Below are positions 27,042 through 36,743 of a stretch of 64,000 nt of DNA, in pieces. The position numbers and the translations under genes were made by a program. Numbering within the stretch: the first letter of the stretch is position 1; every line of letters starts with the position of its first letter. This stretch comes from Pseudomonadota bacterium. GTDB taxonomy: Bacteria > Myxococcota_A > Polyangia > JAAYKL01. The notes under the pieces are model-generated. The model was not told where the DNA came from and searched no databases. It saw only the letters and a list, made by a program, of their open reading frames with translations. The DNA lies in the NCBI GenBank assembly GCA_023229365.1, contig JALNZK010000002.1:126343-190342 (forward strand). Direction: 5' to 3'.

Positions 27042-28445
27042 CTATGTAGATTTTTTAATTTTTTCCACTATATTTGTTGTTGCATAACCTTCCACTCTTG
27101 GAAAAACAACCACTTCTTTAGCCACATCCGATCCCACAATATAGGGCCAAGTATTGTCCTTTACCAAAACATCGGGTTTAATTTGAGCATAAATATCATG
27201 TAGCTCATCATTACTATTAAAAGGCATCACAAAATCTACGCATTCCAATGCTGCCAGCATTCGCATCCTGGCTTGCAAATCATTTACAGGTCTGCCTTCG
27301 CCCTTAAATCTCTTTACTTGCTCATCCGTATCCACAAGCACAAGCAATTTATCTCCTTTCGATTTGGCAAATTTAAGAATTTCCATATGTCCAAAATGCA
27401 AAATATCAAAACACCCATTAGTAACCGCCAGTTTGTATGGCCTATTGTTTAAACACTGTATATCGATCATTTTGCTGCCTACAGGATCAATACGTGCATA
27501 TACCTCTTGTAAACAAATGGGTTCATTATATTTCTTGCCAACATAGACTGCTCCTGCCTCGTAAGCTATTTGCACAGCATCCACAATATCTAAAGCATGG
27601 GCCATCGCTAATCCAAGAACAGAAATAAAACAATCACCAGCCCCAATAACAGATGCACAGTCCGAGCTATATGGAGAATGATAATCAAAATATTTTTCCA
27701 TTACTTTGCCATAAACGCCATCACCACCATGAGTAATAACAACCGCCATACAACCCAATTGCCGCTGAAAGAAATCGCATTGATTTTGCCAATGCACAGA
27801 AGGAATATGACTTAATTCTTCTGCTTCTTTAGCATTGGGCTTAAATATTGTGCAACCATTCCAAAGGCAAAGCGGTCCTTTTTTCGGATCAATTATGCTA
27901 ATTGTGTCTCGTTCTTTTTTGAACCATTGAGTTTTATTAGCCCCTGATAAGACTCCCTTGTTGTAATCAGCATATATTGTCACAGCAACATCGGATACTT
28001 CATCATAGGCTGCAAGTAAATCCTTTTGATATTCCACAATATCTTGCAATCCATAATTTGGCACCTCGATATCCCAACGACTAAGGGGGAAATTATCTTG
28101 ATAGAATCTTCTTTTACGTGGAATAAAAGAAGGCGAAGATAAAGTCTCACATCCACTAATATCAACACCAATGGATTGATAAAGTGGACGACTTTCTATA
28201 TCCAAAAATCCAAAGAGTTTAACATCCGTGTTAAAATATTTAAATTGATTTGCTAGATTTCCAGCACCACCAGGAACAACTACATCTGGTCTTTCATTAG
28301 TGCCCAGCATCCTTACAATAGGAAACTCGGGAGAGAGTTTATCTGCAACGACGTTGTAGTATTCGTCAAGGAGACAATCACCTATGACAACAATTGTTGG
28401 TCGATATTTATTGACCCTTCTAATTAGTGTTTTTAATGCTTCCAT
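27042..28445 (-). CDS. hldE: bifunctional sugar kinase (PfkB) / nucleotidyltransferase, HldE(RfaE)-like heptose-7-P kinase / heptose-1-P adenylyltransferase
   Basis: PfkB-like N-domain (GGAGN, DTNGAGD-like) plus C-terminal GCFDILHFGHMEILKFAK cytidylyltransferase motif. Confidence 0.7.
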   Translation of the reverse strand: MEALKTLIRRVNKYRPTIVVIGDCLLDEYYNVVADKLSPEFPIVRMLGTNERPDVVVPGGAGNLANQFKYFNTDVKLFGFLDIESRPLYQSIGVDISGCETLSSPSFIPRKRRFYQDNFPLSRWDIEVPNYGLQDIVEYQKDLLAAYDEVSDVAVTIYADYNKGVLSGANKTQWFKKERDTISIIDPKKGPLCLWNGCTIFKPNAKEAEELSHIPSVHWQNQCDFFQRQLGCMAVVITHGGDGVYGKVMEKYFDYHSPYSSDCASVIGAGDCFISVLGLAMAHALDIVDAVQIAYEAGAVYVGKKYNEPICLQEVYARIDPVGSKMIDIQCLNNRPYKLAVTNGCFDILHFGHMEILKFAKSKGDKLLVLVDTDEQVKRFKGEGRPVNDLQARMRMLAALECVDFVMPFNSNDELHDIYAQIKPDVLVKDNTWPYIVGSDVAKEVVVFPRVEGYATTNIVEKIKKST

Positions 28446-28595
28446 GCATTAAAAGAGTTTCATCATAAAAAATTCTAAGGCACACACCGATTTTTACGAG
28501 CGGCCAAAATTTTCTTGAGTCGCCGCATCAAAAGCTTGGCTTTCTTTGGTGGCATATAACCAATGTCAATGTAAAAAATACGTTTTTGTTGCATA

Positions 28596-29054
28596 TTAAA
28601 TTCCAGTGCAAAGAACAGCCTCGGCAATGTGAATACCTTCATCCAAAGTATGAACATGAAACCCAATACACTCTTGAATAATAGGATGTTCGTGAACATT
28701 CCCCTCTTTTTCCATCACGAGAACAATAGGTTTTCGCAACATATCAGCCCAGGCAATTTCCATACAAGTGCCGATGGAAACCTTTGTGGCACCCAATAGA
28801 TTGACAAAAAGCATGTCACAAGCCATTACTGAGTAACGGTCTCGGCAAGTAATTCCCTTGCGGCAACTCAATGGAATTCCCTCATAAGATAGGCCAATTA
28901 CCTTTTCCTTTTCTAGGTATTGTTTTCCACGCATTGGTGAAACAGCAACAATATACTCAGGCAATTGATCTGAAACATATTCCCGCCAACCAACAGAATC
29001 GCCATAAGTCAATCCAGTAATCGGCCCCGCCAAATAGAGCTTACGTCTGTTCAT
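28596..29054 (-). CDS. nucleoside 2-deoxyribosyltransferase-like protein
   Basis: KLYLAGPITG start typical of the NDT/Rcl family. Confidence 0.45.
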   Translation of the reverse strand: MNRRKLYLAGPITGLTYGDSVGWREYVSDQLPEYIVAVSPMRGKQYLEKEKVIGLSYEGIPLSCRKGITCRDRYSVMACDMLFVNLLGATKVSIGTCMEIAWADMLRKPIVLVMEKEGNVHEHPIIQECIGFHVHTLDEGIHIAEAVLCTGI

Positions 29055-29056
29055 TT

Positions 29057-29581
29057 TTAATCCTTCACTAACTGTCCATCGGGTTTAATTCTTTTCCATC
29101 CATCTTCAAACTTATGAAAAAACTTAACATAATTCAGGGGCAGAGCTAAAAACAATTCATTTTGGGTTCGTTGTCCATTTACCTTGTTGAAAGTAGCCTT
29201 GCGACGTGTGTGGTTTCTTTCCTTGGCATGTCTTAAATCCTCTCCCTGAATTACAGCGATTGTATCTTGGTGATGATTTGACATAATAAAAACATCACAC
29301 TGAGTATCGGCTTTTCTTCCTCCAACGTCCACAGTCGTGTAACTCAACCAAGCCCCAGAAACATTCCACACATCTTTGACCTCGGCTTCCACCTTTAACA
29401 GCTTGCCACTTTCCATACAATAACTATTGTCAAATTCTTTAAATCTTTCCGGTTGTTCTTCCAGTGGAATTGTGGGATGTGCCAGCCCTGTGCTGGTCAA
29501 AAAGTCTAAAGCCACCATTTTTCCTTGTTTGTCATAAATTTGTTTTAATATAGCAGCATACGGTTTACTATTATCACTCAT
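29057..29581 (-). CDS. hypothetical protein
   Basis: 174 aa. Confidence 0.45.
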   Translation of the reverse strand: MSDNSKPYAAILKQIYDKQGKMVALDFLTSTGLAHPTIPLEEQPERFKEFDNSYCMESGKLLKVEAEVKDVWNVSGAWLSYTTVDVGGRKADTQCDVFIMSNHHQDTIAVIQGEDLRHAKERNHTRRKATFNKVNGQRTQNELFLALPLNYVKFFHKFEDGWKRIKPDGQLVKD

Positions 29582-29602
29582 AAATTTTCCTTTCTATAAA
29601 TT

Positions 29603-30010
29603 TTATTCAGATTGGAGATAAACTCTCCTTCCAAAATCTGATTCTTCTTTCACTTTCCAATCCTGATGCCAATACGGCTTGAACGGATCAGGCACAACTA
29701 ATAATCTTATGGGAGCGTCTCCCCACACAGGGTTCCAACTAGTATAGCCCATAAAATCATCAAATAGTATATCAATTTTTAATTCTTTTAACAATACAGC
29801 TTTGCACAACTCTCCATATTTTGCATAATCTGCACAGTAGATGTGGTCAGAAGCTACCGATATATCATTCATTTGCAGCATTTCTTCCACATAAGCCTTA
29901 TCATGCATATCTGTGATGATGAAGACTTCGCATGTTGTGTTATTTATCAGTTCTTTGAATTGATCTGGGTATTTGCTAATTACACCACCGATATCAAGGG
30001 CAAGTTTCAT
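29603..30010 (-). CDS. hypothetical protein (possible HAD-like)
   Basis: LALDIGGV start. Confidence 0.4.
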   Translation of the reverse strand: MKLALDIGGVISKYPDQFKELINNTTCEVFIITDMHDKAYVEEMLQMNDISVASDHIYCADYAKYGELCKAVLLKELKIDILFDDFMGYTSWNPVWGDAPIRLLVVPDPFKPYWHQDWKVKEESDFGRRVYLQSE

Positions 30011-30122
30011 TTTCTTTGAACAATGTGTGGAAATTTTCTTCTACAAGCTTTCGAGCCTCTTCTGTCCATGTTCTTTTTCTAACCACCTTTCGTCCATTCT
30101 ATATTCTAAACTATTTAACATA

Positions 30123-30611
30123 TTAATCCTTCCATTCATAAAGTCTTATTTTTGCAAAACCTTCTTCTATCGTAGGTTTTTGCCAATCTTTTATGTGTCG
30201 CTCTGCAACCCATAACCAATATGCGTAATCATGCCCTCTATTATCGCTATTGGTTCTAAGGGCGGCGTGTTCCTCGGGACTCCACAAAGGAAACTCTATG
30301 GCCCAAATGGGAACATCCAAACAACTGGCTAAGGCGACCCATCTCTTCCTGCTTCTAATTGTGACATTGACACCACGATCAACAATCACATTGCGGCCCA
30401 TAGCAACGGCAATGTGCAGAATATGATCCTCCACAGATTTATACAAAGGCTTCAGAGCCTCTTCATAAAGTTTATAATTGCCGCCATGTACTGCATCGAC
30501 TATAGCATCGTCACTAACAACAACCCAACCTTCCTTGGCTCGTTGATTAGTGTATGTGCTTTTACCAGACGCTATTGTACCCACTAATACTTCTATCATT
30601 TCTCCTCCCAT
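30123..30611 (-). CDS. P-loop kinase (AAA_33 / polynucleotide-kinase-like)
   Basis: VLVGTIASGKST Walker A. Confidence 0.6.
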   Translation of the reverse strand: MGGEMIEVLVGTIASGKSTYTNQRAKEGWVVVSDDAIVDAVHGGNYKLYEEALKPLYKSVEDHILHIAVAMGRNVIVDRGVNVTIRSRKRWVALASCLDVPIWAIEFPLWSPEEHAALRTNSDNRGHDYAYWLWVAERHIKDWQKPTIEEGFAKIRLYEWKD

Positions 30612-31561
30612 GTCGCATGTGCCCTAAATTCATCTAAATTCTTGGCATTAAAATAACTCATTGAGCTACGCAGCCCATCAGAGAAACGAGTAACCAAATC
30701 TTCCAAAGACTCGCCTTCATACTCCAAAAATCTAACCCTGCCTTCAATATATTTCGGATTATTGCGGTATTCTTTTTGAATTTCAAAAGACGCTGAGCCA
30801 TGATAAACTTTTACAAACTTGCCGTCTTGTTTTACAAGCTCAGCGGGGCTATCAGAAGTAGCCGCAATGCAACTGCCCAACATTACCATATCTGCCCCTA
30901 CCGCTATGGCCTTACACATATCTCGGGGCTCTTGAATGCCGCCATCAGCTATCAATAATGCATTCTTCTTGACAGAAGCACATTCCATAATACTGGATAC
31001 CATTCCATAAGAAATACCTGTTGCATTTTTGGTAGTACAAGCTGCCCCGCCCGCAATACCTACTCGAATAGCTATAACATGTGGCAAAGAATCCAGCCAT
31101 TGATAGCATTCCTTGGAAGCAACATTACCCACAATAAAACCTATTTCATCAACCGACATTCCATGCCCAAGCGACTCTATGACTTTGGCTAGTTTGGCAT
31201 TTGCTCCATTGGCAGTATCAATACAAAATATTTTACAACCCACCTCACGTAATGCATGAAACCTTTCTACAGAATCCCCATTAATACCTATGGCACACGC
31301 AGAGCCATGCATATTATCTGATTGTCTTGAGTGTTTCCAACACTCAATTTGTTCATTGATTGGCATGAAACGATGAATAATTCCCATGCCACCTAATCTT
31401 TCCATTCTAAAAGCAACCGTCCCGTCACAAACATCTTTCATTGGAGCAGCAACAATAGGCACAGACATAGCCCGAACCTTGGTGCTTATATCATCTCTTG
31501 ATTCAATATTAGATACCACTCTCGGCACTAATGTAATATCATCAAATCCTAAACTTCTCAT
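30596..31561 (-). CDS. guaC: GMP reductase / IMP dehydrogenase-family TIM-barrel enzyme
   Basis: GFDDITLVPR, GIAGGAACTTK, DGGI..PRD..KA...GADMVMLGS. Confidence 0.7.
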   Translation of the reverse strand: MRSLGFDDITLVPRVVSNIESRDDISTKVRAMSVPIVAAPMKDVCDGTVAFRMERLGGMGIIHRFMPINEQIECWKHSRQSDNMHGSACAIGINGDSVERFHALREVGCKIFCIDTANGANAKLAKVIESLGHGMSVDEIGFIVGNVASKECYQWLDSLPHVIAIRVGIAGGAACTTKNATGISYGMVSSIMECASVKKNALLIADGGIQEPRDMCKAIAVGADMVMLGSCIAATSDSPAELVKQDGKFVKVYHGSASFEIQKEYRNNPKYIEGRVRFLEYEGESLEDLVTRFSDGLRSSMSYFNAKNLDEFRAHATWEEK

Positions 31562-31798
31562 ATAATTCTTCTTTTCTTTTCGACAACACAACCTTGAATA
31601 GGATATCTAAAAGCCCATTGCATCGGGCGACAATTGCTACATGCGGCGTAGGCAGGTATCAATCTCAAACAAATAAATTGATTATTGTCAAATTCACTGC
31701 CTATTTGCCAACCAAAACATCTAAGAATTGGATTAAATAATACCTTCAACAAACTGCGATGATTGATTACTTTGTCATCTTTCCAAATAATACCGAGA

Positions 31799-32479
31799 TT
31801 AAGCTGCTGCATTTTTTACACAATCCCAAAGCACCCACTTGTCATCAATGAGCTTAAATGTTGTTAAATCCTTGCCAAAAGTAGATGAAAGAGGCGGTAT
31901 AAACATGGATACCTTTGGCGATCTATCTCTATCATCTGGGAACTTTGTAATCTGAACACCCCATTCTTTAGGAAGATTTTCAGGAAACACAGTCCATCTT
32001 TCTTTCTTCTTTTGAATCCATTCTAATTTAGTTTGTATGTTTTCCAAATATTCTAAGCACCTACAATAGGAATACCATATAATCTCAAACTTAATTAAAT
32101 GTATCCAAGGCCCAGTTTGATAAGCATGCCAATCATACTTGTGGGTAAAATCTCTGCCTTTTTTAATTTTATCAAGATCAAGCAAATCCAAAAACCTATA
32201 CACACCTTGTGAAAGAACCTGATGTATATCTGTGCCATCCTGCCTATTGTGAATAGAAATCCATTGATCTACAACACCTCGATACACAGCATCTAATTTA
32301 TCTTTTCTATCCACCAACGGTGTTGCTAGCTCTGCCTTACCATTAAATTGAAAATCATTAATCACACCAAATAAAATATCTTGATAAGGTTTTGTCGCAT
32401 TAAACGCCTCTCCCGATGATATCTCATTTAAATGCACTATTCTTTTATTCATCCTGTTTCCTCCCATAAACAACCACAA
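31799..32479 (-). CDS. hypothetical protein
   Basis: 226 aa. Confidence 0.45.
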   Translation of the reverse strand: MWLFMGGNRMNKRIVHLNEISSGEAFNATKPYQDILFGVINDFQFNGKAELATPLVDRKDKLDAVYRGVVDQWISIHNRQDGTDIHQVLSQGVYRFLDLLDLDKIKKGRDFTHKYDWHAYQTGPWIHLIKFEIIWYSYCRCLEYLENIQTKLEWIQKKKERWTVFPENLPKEWGVQITKFPDDRDRSPKVSMFIPPLSSTFGKDLTTFKLIDDKWVLWDCVKNAAA

Positions 32480-32634
32480 ACACTACAACGATATTGTGGG
32501 TAATTATTACCATTCATATAGTCCAGTATGGAGATTTTTGCCTCCCTGATGGACCTGCCGACAGTTTTGCACTTCGGGCATTCCCTGTTTTTCCAGCCTA
32601 CATCTATTATTTTTACTTTGTTTCCTTTGTCCAT
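32449..32634 (-). CDS. zinc-ribbon protein
   Basis: CPKC...CSVCGC. Confidence 0.35.
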   Translation of the reverse strand: MDKGNKVKIIDVGWKNRECPKCKTVGRSIREAKISILDYMNGNNYPQYRCSVCGCLWEETG

Positions 32635-33182
32635 CGCTCCACCACAAATCCTTCATATTCCTCTATAATTTCTCTGTCCCACATATGTGGAAATTCTGGA
32701 AAGAAAGTGTCGCCTTCATATTTGCCAGGAATTTGGCTCACCAGCATTTCGTCCACTAAATCTAGCTCCAGAGCTTGTTTATAAATACTTGCTCCACCGC
32801 AAATAAAAATCCCTCTCTCTGGATAGTTCTGACGTGCAAAATCAACAGCTTCTTTCACACCAGCAATAAACACTACCTGGGTGCCAAACATTTCGTTCAC
32901 CTTGCCCAACTTTACTCGCCTCAAACACTGTTCGCCATCAATCGAGCAAGAATATTTGGTGTATCCTGATTCGCCCTCAGGGGCGACAACAATATTGACT
33001 CGATATAAAAGTGGCTTGAAAGGCAAATTCTCATAGGTGGTCAAACCAAAGATTACTGTCTGCCCACTGGTTCTTTCCTTAAACAATTTAAGGTCTCTTG
33101 GAACTTTCCAAGGCAACCCATTCTTGCTGCCAATTAAACGATTTGATTCTTCTGCCCAAGCTACTAATAATGTCGTTTTCAT
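32613..33182 (-). CDS. folA: dihydrofolate reductase
   Basis: LPWKVPRDLKLFK, GDTFFPE; aligns with FolA over its whole length. Confidence 0.8.
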   Translation of the reverse strand: MKTTLLVAWAEESNRLIGSKNGLPWKVPRDLKLFKERTSGQTVIFGLTTYENLPFKPLLYRVNIVVAPEGESGYTKYSCSIDGEQCLRRVKLGKVNEMFGTQVVFIAGVKEAVDFARQNYPERGIFICGGASIYKQALELDLVDEMLVSQIPGKYEGDTFFPEFPHMWDREIIEEYEGFVVERWTKETK

Positions 33183-34030
33183 GTAAATAATAGTAATTGT
33201 TGTAATCTATGTGGTCTGTTTTTGAATTTTTTATAATACTCTTTGTCGGCCTCTATGGCAAAGAAATGCCGATTGGTTTGCCGAGCCGCCAATGCTGACG
33301 TACCACTTCCGGCGAATAGATCGCAAATCAAATCGCCTTCATTCGTGGTGAGTTGAATGATCTGCCGAGCCAGAGCCAGAGGTTTCTGCGTGGGGAATCC
33401 TTCCTTCTCTTTGTCGCTAAGTTTGAACTCCCAATCTGGCCCTATTTCCTCAATTCTCTTACGAATGACATCGCCGCCATTCCTTTTCACCACTATTGGA
33501 TTGAGAGCGGCCTTGCCCTTGGAGAAATATAGGATAGGCTCCCAGGATCGTTTCATTGCCCCTTTTAAATCTCCACCAACGGAAAATAGCTTTCGCCAAG
33601 CAATTGTGCCTTTGTAGGTAAACCCACAATCTTCAAAGCAATGAGCATGCTTCATTACAACATGCTCCATATCCCCATGTATGAACATAAATGAATTTGG
33701 CTTTAAAACACGATAACACTCGGCGGCCAAAACATTCCAATCAATACCCTTGCCATCATCCCCCAGAATGTGTTTATCAAACTTAGACTTGCTAACACCG
33801 GCTTTGTTCCATTTTTTATCCCCAGGAATATTGCTTTTATAACTACATCCATAGGGTGGATCAAAATACATTAAATTAAATGCATCAGAGGGCACTTCTT
33901 TTATTATATCTTCCCAACGACCTAATACAAATTGATCTATAATTTTCATAACCATAATAATATCATAATTAGTAAAATAATTCAATAGCAAAGAAAAAGG
34001 ACTCACACCCTTGCGAATGTGAGTCCCCAC
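33179..34030 (-). CDS. beta-class N6/N4 DNA methyltransferase
   Basis: DPPYG (motif IV) precedes FAGSGTS (motif I). Confidence 0.75.
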   Translation of the reverse strand: MGTHIRKGVSPFSLLLNYFTNYDIIMVMKIIDQFVLGRWEDIIKEVPSDAFNLMYFDPPYGCSYKSNIPGDKKWNKAGVSKSKFDKHILGDDGKGIDWNVLAAECYRVLKPNSFMFIHGDMEHVVMKHAHCFEDCGFTYKGTIAWRKLFSVGGDLKGAMKRSWEPILYFSKGKAALNPIVVKRNGGDVIRKRIEEIGPDWEFKLSDKEKEGFPTQKPLALARQIIQLTTNEGDLICDLFAGSGTSALAARQTNRHFFAIEADKEYYKKFKNRPHRLQQLLLFT

Positions 34031-34058
34031 TTTTACAAAAGACCACGCTTTTGTTTCT

Positions 34059-34397
34059 TTACACGCCTTTCTTCACCAAATCCAAAAGGTCTTCTCTTTG
34101 GTAGGTGGTGGAAACAAGCATATGCTCGGGCATACGCTTGCGAAGGCGACGACCACATTGTTTAATCTGGGCGATCTTGTCCTTGCGGAACGACTTGATG
34201 GGGGCTTCCTTGTAATCACGCACATCTATGCCAGAGCGTAATTCATAACCCTTGACAACATCTGTAGTGTCATCAATAACCAACACTGTTCTGCGGACGG
34301 GGTGCGAGTGATTACCTTTGTAATAAAACCTCGCAACAGGCAAATCTTTTACGACATCGTATTCTTGCATAACACACCTCAAATAAAAAAGGATCAA
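34059..34397 (-). CDS. hypothetical protein
   Basis: 112 aa. Confidence 0.4.
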   Translation of the reverse strand: MILFYLRCVMQEYDVVKDLPVARFYYKGNHSHPVRRTVLVIDDTTDVVKGYELRSGIDVRDYKEAPIKSFRKDKIAQIKQCGRRLRKRMPEHMLVSTTYQREDLLDLVKKGV

Positions 34398-34437
34398 TTG
34401 ATTGATTTACTTAACTTATCAAATTGAATAACAATTG

Positions 34438-35457
34438 TCAAGATGATTTTGGTGGCGGGCAATAGAAAATAATTTCATGCGACTCCTTCACAAAATCTGC
34501 ATCTCCTCTCTCTATTCTATTTTTGCCCATGCGAGTTTCTCCCTGACCCATCGTGTATTGCCAAACAGGACAGCTACTATCATATCCTTTGTATAATTCT
34601 CTTATTTTTGGACAATCATTATAAGATAACACAAAGCCTCCCTTGTGATTTTTTAAACATTCGGCTAATAGGTCATGTTTAAATCCCTCATGATGTATTG
34701 GAATATTACGCATTGGATAAATTCCCTTAAACATTTTGGAGTCCTCTCCAATGTAATATGGAGGATCACAATAAAAGAAATCATTTGGATGCTTTTTAAA
34801 TACATCTGCAAAATCTGCACACTCAACCCTCAATTTTCCTGGGCTGAATTCTTGCACCATCTTAAGCATTGATGTATATTTCTTTTCATTTAGATAAATT
34901 TTACCTGACCAGCCCAAAAACCCTGGCCCGTAAGATAAATTAAAATTAAAGAAATAATGAACAGCTAAATCAATCCCCTCTAATTTTTGTTTTCTATCCC
35001 ACTCTTTTTGCATATTTTCTTCTGCCAATGATTTATATCGCTTAAATCTATGACAAGCCTTACTCCAGCTTTCAAAATTCTTGGTTGTCTTGTCCCAATG
35101 ATCTTCTAATCTGTCCTTAACCTCATCATATGTTTTTTGATCGGGTTTTAACTTTTTGAGTTCTTGATACATAGCCTCGGGCTGCTCTATTTGATACTTC
35201 CAATAATTGACCAATATATCAAAAATATCATACCCAATTACTTCTACGCCTACATCCTTGCTCATTGCTATTTCAACAGAGCCGCCTCCAAAGAAAGGCG
35301 ACACCACTCGTTCCACTCCTTCTGGCACTAATTCAAGCACATGTCCAACACCCAAACTTTTGCCGCCTGCATATCTGATGGGCGAATTTACCACTCGTTT
35401 GTATTTTTGGTTTGTAATACTTTTTAAGAAATTAATTCTACGCTCTGTTGTATTCAT
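34438..35457 (-). CDS. Dam-like (D12 class, alpha) N6-adenine DNA methyltransferase
   Basis: RYAGGKS, FFGGGS, DPPYY. Confidence 0.75.
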   Translation of the reverse strand: MNTTERRINFLKSITNQKYKRVVNSPIRYAGGKSLGVGHVLELVPEGVERVVSPFFGGGSVEIAMSKDVGVEVIGYDIFDILVNYWKYQIEQPEAMYQELKKLKPDQKTYDEVKDRLEDHWDKTTKNFESWSKACHRFKRYKSLAEENMQKEWDRKQKLEGIDLAVHYFFNFNLSYGPGFLGWSGKIYLNEKKYTSMLKMVQEFSPGKLRVECADFADVFKKHPNDFFYCDPPYYIGEDSKMFKGIYPMRNIPIHHEGFKHDLLAECLKNHKGGFVLSYNDCPKIRELYKGYDSSCPVWQYTMGQGETRMGKNRIERGDADFVKESHEIIFYCPPPKSS

Positions 35458-35459
35458 TA

Positions 35460-36284
35460 TTATATTTCTCCATTATTTATTTTTGTTTTATCAGTCAATG
35501 GCTTTGTAATTAAATCATGAAACTTTTCACGAATATTGGTAGGCCATGCTTTGTGTCTTTCTTGAAAATTCCATTCTGGATAGTCGCCCTCTATTTCTTT
35601 AAACTGACATTTGCACTTATCTTCCATTTCCTTATAGGCATGTATCTCTTGGCTTTCCTCAGAATAAAGACCTTTTACAGGTGCCATTACGCCATCGGCA
35701 GTAATTGTGTAAATTTCTACTTTTTTCCCTTCTGTCAAGCATTCCTTAATCAAATATGCTACACCAAACGACCTAATACTCGGCTTGCCCTGCATGCCTG
35801 CTTTTTGATAAAAAGAGAGAGTAAACTTTATTCCACCCTTGCATTGAGACCCACCTATTTTTACAATTCTTCCATCAACAACAATCAAATACACTCTTGC
35901 ATTATCTCTGGTGTCTAAATTTTCGTTATAAATAAATTTTGGGAAGCCATCTGTGTCCAAAATCGCATTAGCAATCTTTGTTGCATTTGTTGCTTCTTGT
36001 ATGTTAAATGTCCTAAAAACTACATTCACCAATTTTTTTTGTTCTTTTTTTACCTGCTTCGGTTGCGATGATTTTGTATAAAACACATGCCCACACTTAC
36101 AAGATGAGCATTTGCTTCCTATGATTTCCTCACAACTCGGGCATCTCTTTTGCCCCCTTCCCGGCCTTTTATATCCTTGATTAAAATCAAATTCTATTTG
36201 TGCTACATTCATGTTTTCCTCAGGGTTTATGGGATTTATATTAAACACCATAATACACAAAAGAAAACAAATAGTCAAATGCAA
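35460..36284 (-). CDS. hypothetical zinc-ribbon protein
   Basis: CPSCEE...CSSCKCGH. Confidence 0.45.
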   Translation of the reverse strand: MHLTICFLLCIMVFNINPINPEENMNVAQIEFDFNQGYKRPGRGQKRCPSCEEIIGSKCSSCKCGHVFYTKSSQPKQVKKEQKKLVNVVFRTFNIQEATNATKIANAILDTDGFPKFIYNENLDTRDNARVYLIVVDGRIVKIGGSQCKGGIKFTLSFYQKAGMQGKPSIRSFGVAYLIKECLTEGKKVEIYTITADGVMAPVKGLYSEESQEIHAYKEMEDKCKCQFKEIEGDYPEWNFQERHKAWPTNIREKFHDLITKPLTDKTKINNGEI

Positions 36285-36285
36285 T

Positions 36286-36456
36286 TTAATTATGATTTCC
36301 CTCCATTAAATTCTTTATCTCCGAAATGCGGAACCTCCTGTGATTTCCGGGTGTCCGCACGCAGTTTATTTTTTTGTCCTTCTCCCAATTTCTTAATGTC
36401 ATGACAGAAACTCCCAACATCTTCGCTGCCTGCCTCGGGCTAATTAGTTTGTCCAT
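36286..36456 (-). CDS. small HTH DNA-binding protein (excisionase/AlpA/MerR-like); not in the ORF track because it is under 60 aa
   Basis: My translation of the minus strand: MDKLISPRQAAKMLGVSVMTLRNWEKDKKINCVRTPGNHRRFRISEI...; AAGGA ribosome-binding site. Confidence 0.5.
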   Translation of the reverse strand: MDKLISPRQAAKMLGVSVMTLRNWEKDKKINCVRTPGNHRRFRISEIKNLMEGNHN

Positions 36457-36543
36457 AGTTCTATCCTTATATAGTAGGTTTTTATATAATTTTACAAATA
36501 TTTTAGAAAAAATGTGAAAAAATCTATAAAAATCAATTTATTC

Positions 36544-36561
36544 ACACTATATAAGTATAGT
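36544..36561. promoter_or_regulatory. operator-like perfect inverted repeat CACTATA-TAAG-TATAGTG with flanking GTGAAAA(A)TC direct repeats
   Basis: seen directly in the sequence; lies in the divergent intergenic region between the HTH gene and the GIY-YIG operon. Confidence 0.4.
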
Positions 36562-36593
36562 GAAAATCATTCACTATTACAAGGAGAAACAAA

Positions 36594-36743
36594 ATGAAAT
36601 ACACAATCAACCAAGTAGCCACCTGTGGTTGTGAAATTTTAAATGAAAAGAGAGAGGTCTTCGCATGGGCAGTAGACCGCATTTCCGCCGAGATCATTGC
36701 GAAGGCATTGGAAATATATGCAAAAACACAGGAGGAGAAATGA
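36594..36743 (+). CDS. small ORF (49 aa) translationally coupled to the GIY-YIG gene
   Basis: AAGGAG ribosome-binding site; ATGA overlap with the downstream start. Confidence 0.3.
   Translation: MKYTINQVATCGCEILNEKREVFAWAVDRISAEIIAKALEIYAKTQEEK

Noticed and set aside
28475-28699. 74-aa minus-strand ORF
   Set aside because: Overlaps the 3' end of the NDT-like gene in another frame. It is likely spurious.
31558-31812. 84-aa minus-strand ORF
   Set aside because: Overlaps the ends of both neighbouring genes, has a Cys-rich odd composition, and has no ribosome-binding site.
35517-35918. 133-aa plus-strand ORF
   Set aside because: Antisense to the 35460..36284 gene, with a hydrophobic low-complexity translation.
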